Both the position numbers and the translations under genes were made by a program. The notes beneath the pieces are model-generated. The model was given only the letters and a program-made list of their open reading frames with translations. It was not told the DNA's origin and ran no database searches. Shown here piece by piece: positions 31,280 through 43,733 of a stretch of 64,000 nucleotides of DNA. Every line of letters begins with the position of its first letter. Position 1 is the stretch's first letter. Source of the DNA: Nitrosopumilus sp. (GTDB lineage: Archaea > Thermoproteota > Nitrososphaeria > Nitrososphaerales > Nitrosopumilaceae); assembly GCA_965204345.1 (NCBI GenBank), contig OZ241981.1, positions 1,376,001 through 1,440,000 of the forward strand. The letters run 5' to 3'.

Positions 31280-32296
31280 ATGATTGTTGGTAGATCACCA
31301 CTAAGAATCAGTTTTGCAGGGGGAGGAACTGATCTTGAAGAATATTACAAAAGATATACAGGTCATACCATTAGTTTCACAATCAGCAAAAATACACATG
31401 TCGTCATACAAAAAAGAGAGGATGAAAAATTCCAGGGATTTTCTCCAGATTTTCAAACGCATCATCCCCCAGAAAAATATTCAAAAGTAAGGAAAAATCT
31501 TCAGGGTCATGAAATAATCATAGCAGTTTTAAAGGAATTAAACGTTACAAAAGGAATAAACGCATTTTTTTGCAGTGATGTAAACGCGGGTTCAGGGCTA
31601 GGTGCATCATCATCACTTGCAACAAATTTAGTTAATACCGTACTTTTTATGGAAGAGCAAAAATGGACAAAAAAGAGAATTGCAGAGAAGGCATATGAGA
31701 TAGCACATAATGTTTTAAAATGGAACTTGGGAAAACAAGATGAGTTTTCTTCATCTTATGGTGGATTGAATCTCTTTGAATTTACTAAAGATAATGTCAA
31801 GACTGAAAGACTTTTGTTGAACAAATCTACCTTCAGAGAGATTCAAGATAATTCGTTGTTGTTTTCATTAGAAAGAAAGCGACAGCCCTCTAGCACGATC
31901 TTAAAAGACCAAGCAGAAAAAACTAAGAAGAATGATCCCCGTACAATAAATGCCCTGCACAATACAAATCAATTTGCTTTAGAATTGCGGGACTGCTTAA
32001 AAAGAAACGATCTAACGGCTTTTAGTGAAATACTTAGAAAAGGATGGGATGAAAAAAAGAAATTCGCACGCCAGATTACAGATAAGTCAATTGATGATGT
32101 GGTTAAACGTGCAACGACCCTAGGAGTTCAAGGAATGAAAATTACGGGGGCAGGTGGGGGCGGGCACATCTTTGCATATGCAGATTCAGGCAAACATAAA
32201 AAAATTATCTCCAATCTAGAAAAAATAGGTATAAAACATATACCATTTCATTATACATTCTCTGGAACAGTTGCTTTTAATACAAGTTTTTTATAG
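31280..32296 (+). CDS. hddA: D-glycero-alpha-D-manno-heptose-7-phosphate kinase (GHMP family), copy 1
   Basis: PLRISFAGGGTD, GSGLGASSS, GKQD, KITGAGGGG. Confidence 0.88.
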   Translation: MIVGRSPLRISFAGGGTDLEEYYKRYTGHTISFTISKNTHVVIQKREDEKFQGFSPDFQTHHPPEKYSKVRKNLQGHEIIIAVLKELNVTKGINAFFCSDVNAGSGLGASSSLATNLVNTVLFMEEQKWTKKRIAEKAYEIAHNVLKWNLGKQDEFSSSYGGLNLFEFTKDNVKTERLLLNKSTFREIQDNSLLFSLERKRQPSSTILKDQAEKTKKNDPRTINALHNTNQFALELRDCLKRNDLTAFSEILRKGWDEKKKFARQITDKSIDDVVKRATTLGVQGMKITGAGGGGHIFAYADSGKHKKIISNLEKIGIKHIPFHYTFSGTVAFNTSFL

Positions 32297-32317
32297 ATTT
32301 TTTTGGTGAGGTAAGAT

Positions 32318-32905
32318 ATGAATGACATCGTAAAGGATTATTTAATTCATCAAGAAGAATGTCTTGAAAAAATAAAGACAGATTTTTTTTCAGACAAAAT
32401 TAAGAAAATTTTTGGGATTTTGATTAACGCACGTGATAATGGCAATCGCGTGTTTGTTATGGGCAATGGCGGAAGTGCATCTACAGCATCTCACTTTGTT
32501 GCGGATTTATTAAAAACAAGTATTGTGAAAAATTCGAAAAGATTTCAAGCGTTATCTTTGTCAGATAATATTCCAGTCATGTTGGCATGGGCAAATGATT
32601 TTTCTTACGATGACATATTTGTAGGACAGTTAGAAAATTTCTTGGAGGAAAAAGACATAGTGGTTGGAATTAGCAGCAGTGGAAATTCAAACAACGTAAT
32701 CAGAGCAGCCAAATATGCAAACGACAAAGGTGCGCACTGTATTGCATTGACAGGCAAAGATGGAGGCAAATTATCAAATATATCTGCCACAAATTTAACA
32801 GTTCCAAGTAATGACATTCTAACTATCGAGACTATGCATTTGATGACATGTCATTTATTAATCGCAATGATTAGAGAATCAGGTACGCCTTTCTACAAAT
32901 ATTAA
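32318..32905 (+). CDS. gmhA: Sedoheptulose-7-phosphate isomerase (SIS), copy 1
   Basis: GNGGSASTASH, AND, GISSSGNS, LTG, ETMH. Confidence 0.92.
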   Translation: MNDIVKDYLIHQEECLEKIKTDFFSDKIKKIFGILINARDNGNRVFVMGNGGSASTASHFVADLLKTSIVKNSKRFQALSLSDNIPVMLAWANDFSYDDIFVGQLENFLEEKDIVVGISSSGNSNNVIRAAKYANDKGAHCIALTGKDGGKLSNISATNLTVPSNDILTIETMHLMTCHLLIAMIRESGTPFYKY

Positions 32906-32906
32906 A

Positions 32907-33395
32907 TTGCAAAAGAAAGCCATATTTTTAGATAGGGACGGAGTCATTAACCAAAACAGAAAAGACTACGTCAAAGAGTTATCAGAATTTGAAATATTTG
33001 ACTGGGTAGGAGAATCAGTCAAACTGTTCAAGGATGCAGGATATTTGGTGATAATAATAACAAATCAATCAGCTATAGGAAGGAGATTACTCACACATGA
33101 AGAATTAAAAAAAATACATGATTGCCTTGAGAACTATCTTAAAACATTCAAGACAAAGATTGATGCAATATATTATTGCCCACATACGCCAGAAGACAAT
33201 TGTGATTGTAGAAAACCCAAGCCCGGGTTGTTGCTTGCTGCAATACAGGATTTTCAAGTTGATTTGTCAAACAGTTGGATGGTAGGAGATTCGACTGCAG
33301 ATATCATGGCCGCAACGTCAGCTGGATGCAGATCATACATGATAAAAGAGAATTTAACATTGCTTGATATTGCAATACATATATGTAAAGGATAA
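32907..33395 (+). CDS. gmhB: Heptose-1,7-bisphosphate phosphatase, copy 1
   Basis: FLDRDGVIN, TNQS, CPH..CDCRKPKPG, MVGD. Confidence 0.92.
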   Translation: MQKKAIFLDRDGVINQNRKDYVKELSEFEIFDWVGESVKLFKDAGYLVIIITNQSAIGRRLLTHEELKKIHDCLENYLKTFKTKIDAIYYCPHTPEDNCDCRKPKPGLLLAAIQDFQVDLSNSWMVGDSTADIMAATSAGCRSYMIKENLTLLDIAIHICKG

Positions 33396-33638
33396 GATTT
33401 TGAATTGTGGTTAATTAAGGACATCGTCAGACATGCAGTTACGGATAGATAAAGAGAGGAAGAAGTAAGGAGCGAGTAAATAAATCAATAAATAACGGAT
33501 TGATTGATTGTGTAAATTAATTTCCTTTATTTCAGATAAGATGGGATTATAAATTCTGGCTATAAATTAGACATCAAGTATCATCAACATATAAATTATT
33601 TTTTGTCTTTTGATTTTTTGTTCTTCTTCTTGTTCTTT

Positions 33639-34769
33639 TGTATTATATGAAAATCATATCCGCTAGTCATTCATGTCTGCCTCCATCCATTTTTGGTTGC
33701 TTTTTCTGATCGCATCAGGAACCTTTTTGGCCTTAAATGCCATCAGAGGCACCTGGCAGTTCTCTATGTCCAGAGAAAAATGCAGTCTATCCTTATTGTA
33801 AAAATCGATGAACTCCCCCATCGTCTTAAAGTGTACAATCTCATCCTCAAGTGTCCTGAAGAATCTCTCAATCTTGCCGTTGGCCTGCGGGTGGTGGTGG
33901 TGGTGGTGGTGGTGGGAGCGTGAGTCAATCAGGGCAATACTCCTCTCCAGAGCTTCTTCCTCAAACATGGTGAGCCTCTATCCCTTGGCAGGTATACCGC
34001 GGTTTCGGGATGTGAACTGGGCGCCGTTGTCTGAAAGTATCTGGCCTGGCGTGCCAAATGACTTGATAGTCTTGCGCAAAACGGCTACAGTGTTCTGGCT
34101 TGTGGCACTATCAAATATCCCGAATCCCGTTATGCATCTTGATGCATCATCCAGATATGCCACAAGTTGCAATCCTTTTAGGCGTGGATCCTTCATTTTG
34201 GCCAGTCCATATCCCACATTGCATTGGAATACAGTCACTCGTATCTGACGTACTTTCTCTTCTTGGATTTTTCAGGAGACAGCTTAACTAGTCCATTGGA
34301 TTTCATTATTTGGTAATGCTGTATGGTATCTTATATGAGATGACTTTCTGAGGTGGCGAGCTGTGTGCACTACTGCATGAATATCATCATATGTCTTAAG
34401 AACACGACGTTTAAGTGGTGACGGCATCGTCTAGGGCTTCGAGCCTGCATGAATATCATCATATGTCTTAAGAACACGACGTACATCCTCAGGTGATGGT
34501 ATCTTTCTGGGTCTTTCTGCCTTTCTGTGGGGGAGTATTCTTCCGGTCTTGCGGTAGGCTGCCCATATGCGTCTGACGTGTCTTGCGCTGACCTGCATGG
34601 TCTGGGCCAGAACAGATGCTGCACCTGTGCCCTTTTGATGCTGCCGTATGATGTATCTAATCTGAACTTCTTTTAGTCTGGTTCTCTTCATTATTCGTGA
34701 TCTGTATATGCGGTAATAATCCCTTGCCTGAAGCCTGAGCTTAGGCGGACATAATTTTCGTACAATAGA
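33639..34769 (-). mobile_element. IS481-family element, variant B copy 2, (CAC)8
   Basis: TIRs; same sequence as B1 apart from microsatellite length. Confidence 0.9.
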
Positions 34770-34877
34770 TTTGCGAAACCAGATGAAAGACTAAAAACGT
34801 TAAAACTGGATGATGATGATCCTGCTCATGCAAGAGATGTTAATTAATATGAAGTATTTTCAGCAGTACTAACACAC

Positions 34878-35894
34878 ATGATTGTTGGTAGATCACCACT
34901 AAGAATCAGTTTTGCAGGGGGAGGAACTGATCTTGAAGAATATTACAAAAGATATACAGGTCATACCATTAGTTTCACAATCAGCAAAAATACACATGTC
35001 GTCATACAAAAAAGAGAGGATGAAAAATTCCAGGGATTTTCTCCAGATTTTCAAACGCATCATCCCCCAGAAAAATATTCAAAAGTAAGGAAAAATCTTC
35101 AGGGTCATGAAATAATCATAGCAGTTTTAAAGGAATTAAACGTTACAAAAGGAATAAACGCATTTTTTTGCAGTGATGTAAACGCGGGTTCAGGGCTAGG
35201 TGCATCATCATCACTTGCAACAAATTTAGTTAATACCGTACTTTTTATGGAAGAGCAAAAATGGACAAAAAAGAGAATTGCAGAGAAGGCATATGAGATA
35301 GCACATAATGTTTTAAAATGGAACTTGGGAAAACAAGATGAGTTTTCTTCATCTTATGGTGGATTGAATCTCTTTGAATTTACTAAAGATAATGTCAAGA
35401 CTGAAAGACTTTTGTTGAACAAATCTACCTTCAGAGAGATTCAAGATAATTCGTTGTTGTTTTCATTAGAAAGAAAGCGACAGCCCTCTAGCACGATCTT
35501 AAAAGACCAAGCAGAAAAAACTAAGAAGAATGATCCCCGTACAATAAATGCCCTGCACAATACAAATCAATTTGCTTTAGAATTGCGGGACTGCTTAAAA
35601 AGAAACGATCTAACGGCTTTTAGTGAAATACTTAGAAAAGGATGGGATGAAAAAAAGAAATTCGCACGCCAGATTACAGATAAGTCAATTGATGATGTGG
35701 TTAAACGTGCAACGACCCTAGGAGTTCAAGGAATGAAAATTACGGGGGCAGGTGGGGGCGGGCACATCTTTGCATATGCAGATTCAGGCAAACATAAAAA
35801 AATTATCTCCAATCTAGAAAAAATAGGTATAAAACATATACCATTTCATTATACATTCTCTGGAACAGTTGCTTTTAATACAAGTTTTTTATAG
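34878..35894 (+). CDS. hddA: Heptose-7-phosphate kinase, copy 2
   Basis: Identical translation, offset 3598 bp. Confidence 0.88.
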   Translation: MIVGRSPLRISFAGGGTDLEEYYKRYTGHTISFTISKNTHVVIQKREDEKFQGFSPDFQTHHPPEKYSKVRKNLQGHEIIIAVLKELNVTKGINAFFCSDVNAGSGLGASSSLATNLVNTVLFMEEQKWTKKRIAEKAYEIAHNVLKWNLGKQDEFSSSYGGLNLFEFTKDNVKTERLLLNKSTFREIQDNSLLFSLERKRQPSSTILKDQAEKTKKNDPRTINALHNTNQFALELRDCLKRNDLTAFSEILRKGWDEKKKFARQITDKSIDDVVKRATTLGVQGMKITGAGGGGHIFAYADSGKHKKIISNLEKIGIKHIPFHYTFSGTVAFNTSFL

Positions 35895-35915
35895 ATTTTT
35901 TTGGTGAGGTAAGAT

Positions 35916-36503
35916 ATGAATGACATCGTAAAGGATTATTTAATTCATCAAGAAGAATGTCTTGAAAAAATAAAGACAGATTTTTTTTCAGACAAAATTA
36001 AGAAAATTTTTGGGATTTTGATTAACGCACGTGATAATGGCAATCGCGTGTTTGTTATGGGCAATGGCGGAAGTGCATCTACAGCATCTCACTTTGTTGC
36101 GGATTTATTAAAAACAAGTATTGTGAAAAATTCGAAAAGATTTCAAGCGTTATCTTTGTCAGATAATATTCCAGTCATGTTGGCATGGGCAAATGATTTT
36201 TCTTACGATGACATATTTGTAGGACAGTTAGAAAATTTCTTGGAGGAAAAAGACATAGTGGTTGGAATTAGCAGCAGTGGAAATTCAAACAACGTAATCA
36301 GAGCAGCCAAATATGCAAACGACAAAGGTGCGCACTGTATTGCATTGACAGGCAAAGATGGAGGCAAATTATCAAATATATCTGCCACAAATTTAACAGT
36401 TCCAAGTAATGACATTCTAACTATCGAGACTATGCATTTGATGACATGTCATTTATTAATCGCAATGATTAGAGAATCAGGTACGCCTTTCTACAAATAT
36501 TAA
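35916..36503 (+). CDS. gmhA: Sedoheptulose-7-phosphate isomerase, copy 2
   Basis: Identical translation. Confidence 0.92.
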   Translation: MNDIVKDYLIHQEECLEKIKTDFFSDKIKKIFGILINARDNGNRVFVMGNGGSASTASHFVADLLKTSIVKNSKRFQALSLSDNIPVMLAWANDFSYDDIFVGQLENFLEEKDIVVGISSSGNSNNVIRAAKYANDKGAHCIALTGKDGGKLSNISATNLTVPSNDILTIETMHLMTCHLLIAMIRESGTPFYKY

Positions 36504-36504
36504 A

Positions 36505-36993
36505 TTGCAAAAGAAAGCCATATTTTTAGATAGGGACGGAGTCATTAACCAAAACAGAAAAGACTACGTCAAAGAGTTATCAGAATTTGAAATATTTGAC
36601 TGGGTAGGAGAATCAGTCAAACTGTTCAAGGATGCAGGATATTTGGTGATAATAATAACAAATCAATCAGCTATAGGAAGGAGATTACTCACACATGAAG
36701 AATTAAAAAAAATACATGATTGCCTTGAGAACTATCTTAAAACATTCAAGACAAAGATTGATGCAATATATTATTGCCCACATACGCCAGAAGACAATTG
36801 TGATTGTAGAAAACCCAAGCCCGGGTTGTTGCTTGCTGCAATACAGGATTTTCAAGTTGATTTGTCAAACAGTTGGATGGTAGGAGATTCGACTGCAGAT
36901 ATCATGGCCGCAACGTCAGCTGGATGCAGATCATACATGATAAAAGAGAATTTAACATTGCTTGATATTGCAATACATATATGTAAAGGATAA
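36505..36993 (+). CDS. gmhB: Heptose-1,7-bisphosphate phosphatase, copy 2
   Basis: Identical translation. Confidence 0.92.
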   Translation: MQKKAIFLDRDGVINQNRKDYVKELSEFEIFDWVGESVKLFKDAGYLVIIITNQSAIGRRLLTHEELKKIHDCLENYLKTFKTKIDAIYYCPHTPEDNCDCRKPKPGLLLAAIQDFQVDLSNSWMVGDSTADIMAATSAGCRSYMIKENLTLLDIAIHICKG

Positions 36994-37236
36994 GATTTTG
37001 AATTGTGGTTAATTAAGGACATCGTCAGACATGCAGTTACGGATAGATAAAGAGAGGAAGAAGTAAGGAGCGAGTAAATAAATCAATAAATAACGGATTG
37101 ATTGATTGTGTAAATTAATTTCCTTTATTTCAGATAAGATGGGATTATAAATTCTGGCTATAAATTAGACATCAAGTATCATCAACATATAAATTATTTT
37201 TTGTCTTTTGATTTTTTGTTCTTCTTCTTGTTCTTT

Positions 37237-38367
37237 TGTATTATATGAAAATCATATCCGCTAGTCATTCATGTCTGCCTCCATCCATTTTTGGTTGCTT
37301 TTTCTGATCGCATCAGGAACCTTTTTGGCCTTAAATGCCATCAGAGGCACCTGGCAGTTCTCTATGTCCAGAGAAAAATGCAGTCTATCCTTATTGTAAA
37401 AATCGATGAACTCCCCCATCGTCTTAAAGTGTACAATCTCATCCTCAAGTGTCCTGAAGAATCTCTCAATCTTGCCGTTGGCCTGCGGGTGGTGGTGGTG
37501 GTGGTGGTGGTGGGAGCGTGAGTCAATCAGGGCAATACTCCTCTCCAGAGCTTCTTCCTCAAACATGGTGAGCCTCTATCCCTTGGCAGGTATACCGCGG
37601 TTTCGGGATGTGAACTGGGCGCCGTTGTCTGAAAGTATCTGGCCTGGCGTGCCAAATGACTTGATAGTCTTGCGCAAAACGGCTACAGTGTTCTGGCTTG
37701 TGGCACTATCAAATATCCCGAATCCCGTTATGCATCTTGATGCATCATCCAGATATGCCACAAGTTGCAATCCTTTTAGGCGTGGATCCTTCATTTTGGC
37801 CAGTCCATATCCCACATTGCATTGGAATACAGTCACTCGTATCTGACGTACTTTCTCTTCTTGGATTTTTCAGGAGACAGCTTAACTAGTCCATTGGATT
37901 TCATTATTTGGTAATGCTGTATGGTATCTTATATGAGATGACTTTCTGAGGTGGCGAGCTGTGTGCACTACTGCATGAATATCATCATATGTCTTAAGAA
38001 CACGACGTTTAAGTGGTGACGGCATCGTCTAGGGCTTCGAGCCTGCATGAATATCATCATATGTCTTAAGAACACGACGTACATCCTCAGGTGATGGTAT
38101 CTTTCTGGGTCTTTCTGCCTTTCTGTGGGGGAGTATTCTTCCGGTCTTGCGGTAGGCTGCCCATATGCGTCTGACGTGTCTTGCGCTGACCTGCATGGTC
38201 TGGGCCAGAACAGATGCTGCACCTGTGCCCTTTTGATGCTGCCGTATGATGTATCTAATCTGAACTTCTTTTAGTCTGGTTCTCTTCATTATTCGTGATC
38301 TGTATATGCGGTAATAATCCCTTGCCTGAAGCCTGAGCTTAGGCGGACATAATTTTCGTACAATAGA
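37237..38367 (-). mobile_element. IS481-family element, variant B copy 3
   Basis: TIRs; inserted upstream of GT4; an IS-free homologous region lies at about 58650-58730 (minus strand). Confidence 0.9.
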
Positions 38368-38458
38368 TTTGTTCTTGTTCTTTAAGAAAATTTAAAAGAG
38401 AAATAAATTGTATGTCTGTAACTTATAATAACAGGTATTTGTTGTGAGGCATATAAGC

Positions 38459-39700
38459 ATGAATGTTTTAATCATAGCACAATATTTCCCACCAGACGTA
38501 GGTGGTGGAATAACTAGAATAAGCAATGCAGCTAAGGCATTAAAGAACCAAGGCAACAACGTAACTGTCGTATCTGCGTTTCCACACTATCCAAAGGGAG
38601 ACATTCCAAAAAAATACAGAGGTAAGATAATTGCAAAAGAACAGATTGACGGCATAACAATATACAGAACATGTATTCCCAAATTATCTCATTCGTCTAT
38701 TTTAAAACGCATAATAATTCATCTTTCATTTTGTCTCTCATCACTGTTGGTAATGCAGAAATTTCGCGATACTGACATAATTTTTGCATCAAACCCGAGC
38801 TTTTTTGTTTCATTTCCTGCTGCTGTGTACAGTTTTTTTCTGAAAAAAAAATATATTCTTAATGTCGATGACATGTGGCCAGAAGTATGGTATGACTTGG
38901 GATATGTCAAGTCGAGGATCTTCAGAAAGATTTTAGACCATATTGCCCAAAAATCATATGACAATTCGTGTGCAGTGGTGCCACTAAGTAGGGGTTATGT
39001 AGACGTATTGGAGTCAAAATATAAGGTCAAAAGAGAAAAAATTACAGTTATTGAGCATGGCGTAGATACGGAAAAATTCAGGACTAATGAAAACAAAAGG
39101 GATGAGCAACACCAAGACGGACCAAGTGGAAGGAAAAAAATTCTAATGTATGCCGGCGCACTAGGTATCGGATATGATTTTGATACAATACTGCAGGCTG
39201 CCAAGATTTTAGAGCAGTATCCGATACAGTTCATAATCAGGGGTGAGGGAAACCTGGAGGATTATCTAAAACAGCAGGTTCAGCAGCAGAAAATTACAAA
39301 TGTCAAAATAGATACAAAATTTGTCGAATTTGAAAAATATAACGAGATACTAAACAGCGCGGATATTTTTTTATTGCCCCTAAGTCCGGTCAGGGGATTT
39401 GACTATGGATTGATTACAAAGACACTGGACTATCAAATGATTGGAAGGCCAATCTTTTGTATCTCAAAGGGGGAATCAAAACGCTATGTAAATGAGACAA
39501 AAAGTGGCATTGTAACATCATCAAGGGATCCCAAGACTGTTTCGGATTTGATTTTGAAATTGGTAAAAGACGAGAAGCTTGCAGAGGAATTGGGTCAAAA
39601 CGGAAGAAGGTACGTTCTAGAGAACCTGACAATAGAGATGATTGGCAAGCGATTGATGAAGGTGATAAACGGCTGTATGGAGGAGGAGGAAAAAAAATAA
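38459..39700 (+). CDS. GT4 glycosyltransferase (WbuB-like), copy A
   Basis: AQYFPPDVGGG, FPHYP, VDDMWPE, YAGALG, GRPI; ATG at 38459. Confidence 0.9.
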   Translation: MNVLIIAQYFPPDVGGGITRISNAAKALKNQGNNVTVVSAFPHYPKGDIPKKYRGKIIAKEQIDGITIYRTCIPKLSHSSILKRIIIHLSFCLSSLLVMQKFRDTDIIFASNPSFFVSFPAAVYSFFLKKKYILNVDDMWPEVWYDLGYVKSRIFRKILDHIAQKSYDNSCAVVPLSRGYVDVLESKYKVKREKITVIEHGVDTEKFRTNENKRDEQHQDGPSGRKKILMYAGALGIGYDFDTILQAAKILEQYPIQFIIRGEGNLEDYLKQQVQQQKITNVKIDTKFVEFEKYNEILNSADIFLLPLSPVRGFDYGLITKTLDYQMIGRPIFCISKGESKRYVNETKSGIVTSSRDPKTVSDLILKLVKDEKLAEELGQNGRRYVLENLTIEMIGKRLMKVINGCMEEEEKK

Positions 39701-40022
39701 TAGCGGGTGTTTAGATGTGAGGAATCCCAATCCAGGATTTGGATGAGATCAAGCATGGGGGGGGAGAAGGAAGAGAGACATAGAGAGAAATAATAGCGGG
39801 TGTTTAGATGTGCATGTCCCAGAATGATTTTGGATTGTACAGCATTGGATGATGATGATGTAAATACATACACATACATACATACATAAATACATACATA
39901 CACATACACACAAAAAAAGTTCGTGCAATCAAAATAACACCATAAACATCATTCTGCTTGGGCTTCAGACACAATGAGGAGAATGCCTTTTTTATAAAAA
40001 ATCAGGAAAGAGATATTAACTT

Positions 40023-40896
40023 TTGAAAATATTTTTGGACATGCGGTTTCCAGATTTCTTTATTGTCGGAGCTCCAAGGTCAGGAACTACATCACTGTAC
40101 AAGTATTTGAAACAGAATCCCAAAATATTTATGCCAAAGCGCAGAGTCGCATTATTTTTCGCCAAACATTAAACGGCAGACGAATCTGATTGTAAGTCCA
40201 ATAAAAACCGAAAAAGAATACCTGTCATTATTTGCGCACGCAAGAGAGGATCAGATAATAGGGGAAGGCAGCGTAACGTACTTTATGGACCCCGATTCCC
40301 CGGGAGCTATACATGCAAAGAATCCCAATGCCAAGATAATTATGATCTTAAGAAATCCAAATGAGAGGCTAATTTCAGATTATCTGTATCAGATAAAGTA
40401 TGCATTAGACATTCTGCCGTTTGAGGAGGTAGTCAAGGCAGGCATAAGATCATTGTCAAAAGACATACATTCAATTGTAAAAACAGGCATGTATTCTCAG
40501 CATATAGGAAATTATTACGGCAAGTTTGATAAAAAACAGATAAAAATCATAATTTTTGAGGAATTCATCAAAGATACCAAAAAAACAGTAAGGGAGGTTT
40601 TGGAATTCTTGGAGATAGACGGATTGCATGATTTTAAGGATGAAGTTTATAACAGGTACGCAGTGCCGGGGGGAAGATTGCAAAAAGCAGTAATAAAAAA
40701 CAAGACACTTTTGAAGATAGTAGTCAGAATACTCCCAACTGACAGGATAATAAAGATGGCTGAGATGTTTTTGATGAAAAAGGAAAAGCGTCCGAAAAGT
40801 TCGGAATTTGACATGTCGCAACTCAGGGAGATATTTCTGGACGAAAAGACAAAGCTGGAAATAATGCTGGGGCGCAAAATAGACTGGGAGATATGA
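40023..40896 (+). pseudogene. Sulfotransferase copy A, frameshifted
   Basis: 2-bp deletion near 40143 (cgc-a-gag versus cgc-aaa-gag in the intact copy). Confidence 0.85.
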
Positions 40897-40982
40897 TTTT
40901 TGCACAAAACAGGTAAAAAAAATACAGTCATGGGCATGATCAAAGATAAACAAAAAAATACGCATATAACCATCATCTAGAC

Positions 40983-41527
<545 letters not shown>

Positions 41528-41573
41528 TATGGCAGGACTGGAGAGACAGTCATTACATTATAATTAAATAATT

Positions 41574-43733
41574 TTGTATTTCTCTAAATTTAAGATGCTT
41601 TCAGCCGGCTTTTTTCTACGAATACCTTCCTCGTCGTCATCCCCATCCTCACGTTTTCAAGGTGTCTGTAACGAATTTTTGCTAACATATTTCCTGTTTT
41701 CGGCATACGCATTACTTTACATGGTCCTGACTGCAACCATATTAAAGATAAAAATTTTTCCAACCATCGACAGAATAACATACGTGGATGCAGTAGTCAG
41801 ATGGACGATAACTGATTCGCTGCAATACGACATGCTGTTTGCATCCATAATTTTTGCAACGGCATTGCTCTTGTCGTTTAGAAAAAAGATATCAGTTTCT
41901 TTCTCAGTCATGCTACTGGTACCGGTCATCTCTGCGTCGTTTTTTGATTTTTTTCTCGAAGTTTCTCAAATGGTTTTCATCTTCTCAATGCCGACAGCAC
42001 TCACATTATTCTTGGTTGGTTATTACTTGTCTAACTACAGCCAGAAAAAGAAGAAGAAGAGCTCATCTAGCTTGGAGAAACCAGAAGAGGTGGCAACGGG
42101 TCACAGCTTCAGGCATGCGTTGTCTGTATTTTTTTCAGTTATTCTACTAGTTGAATTGGCAGCGGCACTCAGATGGGTTCTAACGCCTGTGGTTTTGGAA
42201 TTGCCCAAAAACCACTGGAGTTGGAACATAGTGTCTTTGGAAAACAGCGTGTTTTATGTTCTGGGCCTGATGGTTCCGTCCATCTTTTTGCTTTGCATCC
42301 TGTCTTTTTTGATAAAACCGTTTGTACAAAAAATATATTCAGGCATCAGCAGCGGCGGCGGCAACAACGGCAAAGACGGCAGCGGCACTACCACTGACAC
42401 TGCCATCACGCAGCAGCAGCAGCCTCAAAGACGACGACATTCAGATGATCTTGATGGCAAAAGCCCAACTGCAAACGGCCAAAAATCATTGAAAATAACA
42501 AATTTAAAAAAATACAGCCCCGTCATCTTGCTCTCAAAAATTGATTTTGATGGCAGTACGCGAAACGTTGCCTTGATGTTGTTGCTGGCAATGATATCGT
42601 CAGTTTTGATATCATTGTTTCCATACGCAGTATCCATAGTAGATGCGGACAAGTCATTTGGCACTGACGTCAAAAACTACACTGGCTGGCTTTGGCCGAT
42701 TAATTCGGCTGCCGGCCTTGAGAGCATGCTCCGTCTGGCATTCTTTGAAATAAACGAGGGTTCCAGACCCCTGACGCTGCTTTCAATATATTTTATCTCC
42801 CATATCTCCCAGTACGAGCAGGAGATTGTTTTAAAATATTTGCCAACAGTGCTGGGTCCGCTACTAGTAGCATCCACATATTTCTTTACGAGGGCTGCCT
42901 ATCCTCAGAACAGGAAGATTGCAGTGATCACATCGGTGATCACGTCAGTATCACCGCAGATAGTAATCGGGTTTTATGCGGCATTTTACGCAAATTGGTT
43001 TGCCTTGATTTTTATTTTAATCTCCTCAACGTTTCTAATCAAGTGCGTACGAAGGCAGGATCATCATCATCATCATCACGATTTTAGAAACATGACACTG
43101 TTTGGCGGCACCCTGCTGTTGGTGTTATTTTTTCATTCGTATGCATGGAGTTATTTTATGGCAACAGTTATGCTATACCTCATATGGTCACTGGCAATAA
43201 AAAAACGCAGAAAAGAGTCGGCAAAAATTTGTATCATTTTGGTGGCAGTGACATTATCCATACTTTCAGTGGATCTGTCCAGATCATATTTTGGAAACAC
43301 ATCAGATAGTTTTGAGAAAGACTTGCTGATAGCAGATTCGTCAATTAGTTATTACGAGTTTGTAAACAGATGGGCCAACTTTAATAACACTTTTTTTGTC
43401 TTTCTTGGGGGGTTTCTGACAAATTTTATGCTGCTAGGCCTGCTATTTGTATGGACCCTGCAAACAAAGCACTCGAGTCATTCAGACAGATTCTTCCTTT
43501 CGATGTTGCTGGTATCAGTGCTGCCAATCTTATTTGGGGATTTCAACGTACAGTCCAGAATATTTTACAACATTCCGTTCCACATTCCTGCAAGCGTTAT
43601 GTTGTACAAAATATACCAGAGCAACCAGACAAGGCCATTTGGCAAAATACTGGTCGTTGTGACAATATTGTTTCAGTTCAACTATGCATTAAGGGGGATG
43701 TCAAACATGAATTTTGCATCACCGATACAATGA
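41574..43733 (+). CDS. Multi-TM membrane protein, probable GT-C-like glycosyltransferase, copy A
   Basis: More than 15 TM helices; FGTDVKNY and GSRPLTL loop motifs; located in the glycan locus. Confidence 0.6.
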   Translation: MYFSKFKMLSAGFFLRIPSSSSSPSSRFQGVCNEFLLTYFLFSAYALLYMVLTATILKIKIFPTIDRITYVDAVVRWTITDSLQYDMLFASIIFATALLLSFRKKISVSFSVMLLVPVISASFFDFFLEVSQMVFIFSMPTALTLFLVGYYLSNYSQKKKKKSSSSLEKPEEVATGHSFRHALSVFFSVILLVELAAALRWVLTPVVLELPKNHWSWNIVSLENSVFYVLGLMVPSIFLLCILSFLIKPFVQKIYSGISSGGGNNGKDGSGTTTDTAITQQQQPQRRRHSDDLDGKSPTANGQKSLKITNLKKYSPVILLSKIDFDGSTRNVALMLLLAMISSVLISLFPYAVSIVDADKSFGTDVKNYTGWLWPINSAAGLESMLRLAFFEINEGSRPLTLLSIYFISHISQYEQEIVLKYLPTVLGPLLVASTYFFTRAAYPQNRKIAVITSVITSVSPQIVIGFYAAFYANWFALIFILISSTFLIKCVRRQDHHHHHHDFRNMTLFGGTLLLVLFFHSYAWSYFMATVMLYLIWSLAIKKRRKESAKICIILVAVTLSILSVDLSRSYFGNTSDSFEKDLLIADSSISYYEFVNRWANFNNTFFVFLGGFLTNFMLLGLLFVWTLQTKHSSHSDRFFLSMLLVSVLPILFGDFNVQSRIFYNIPFHIPASVMLYKIYQSNQTRPFGKILVVVTILFQFNYALRGMSNMNFASPIQ

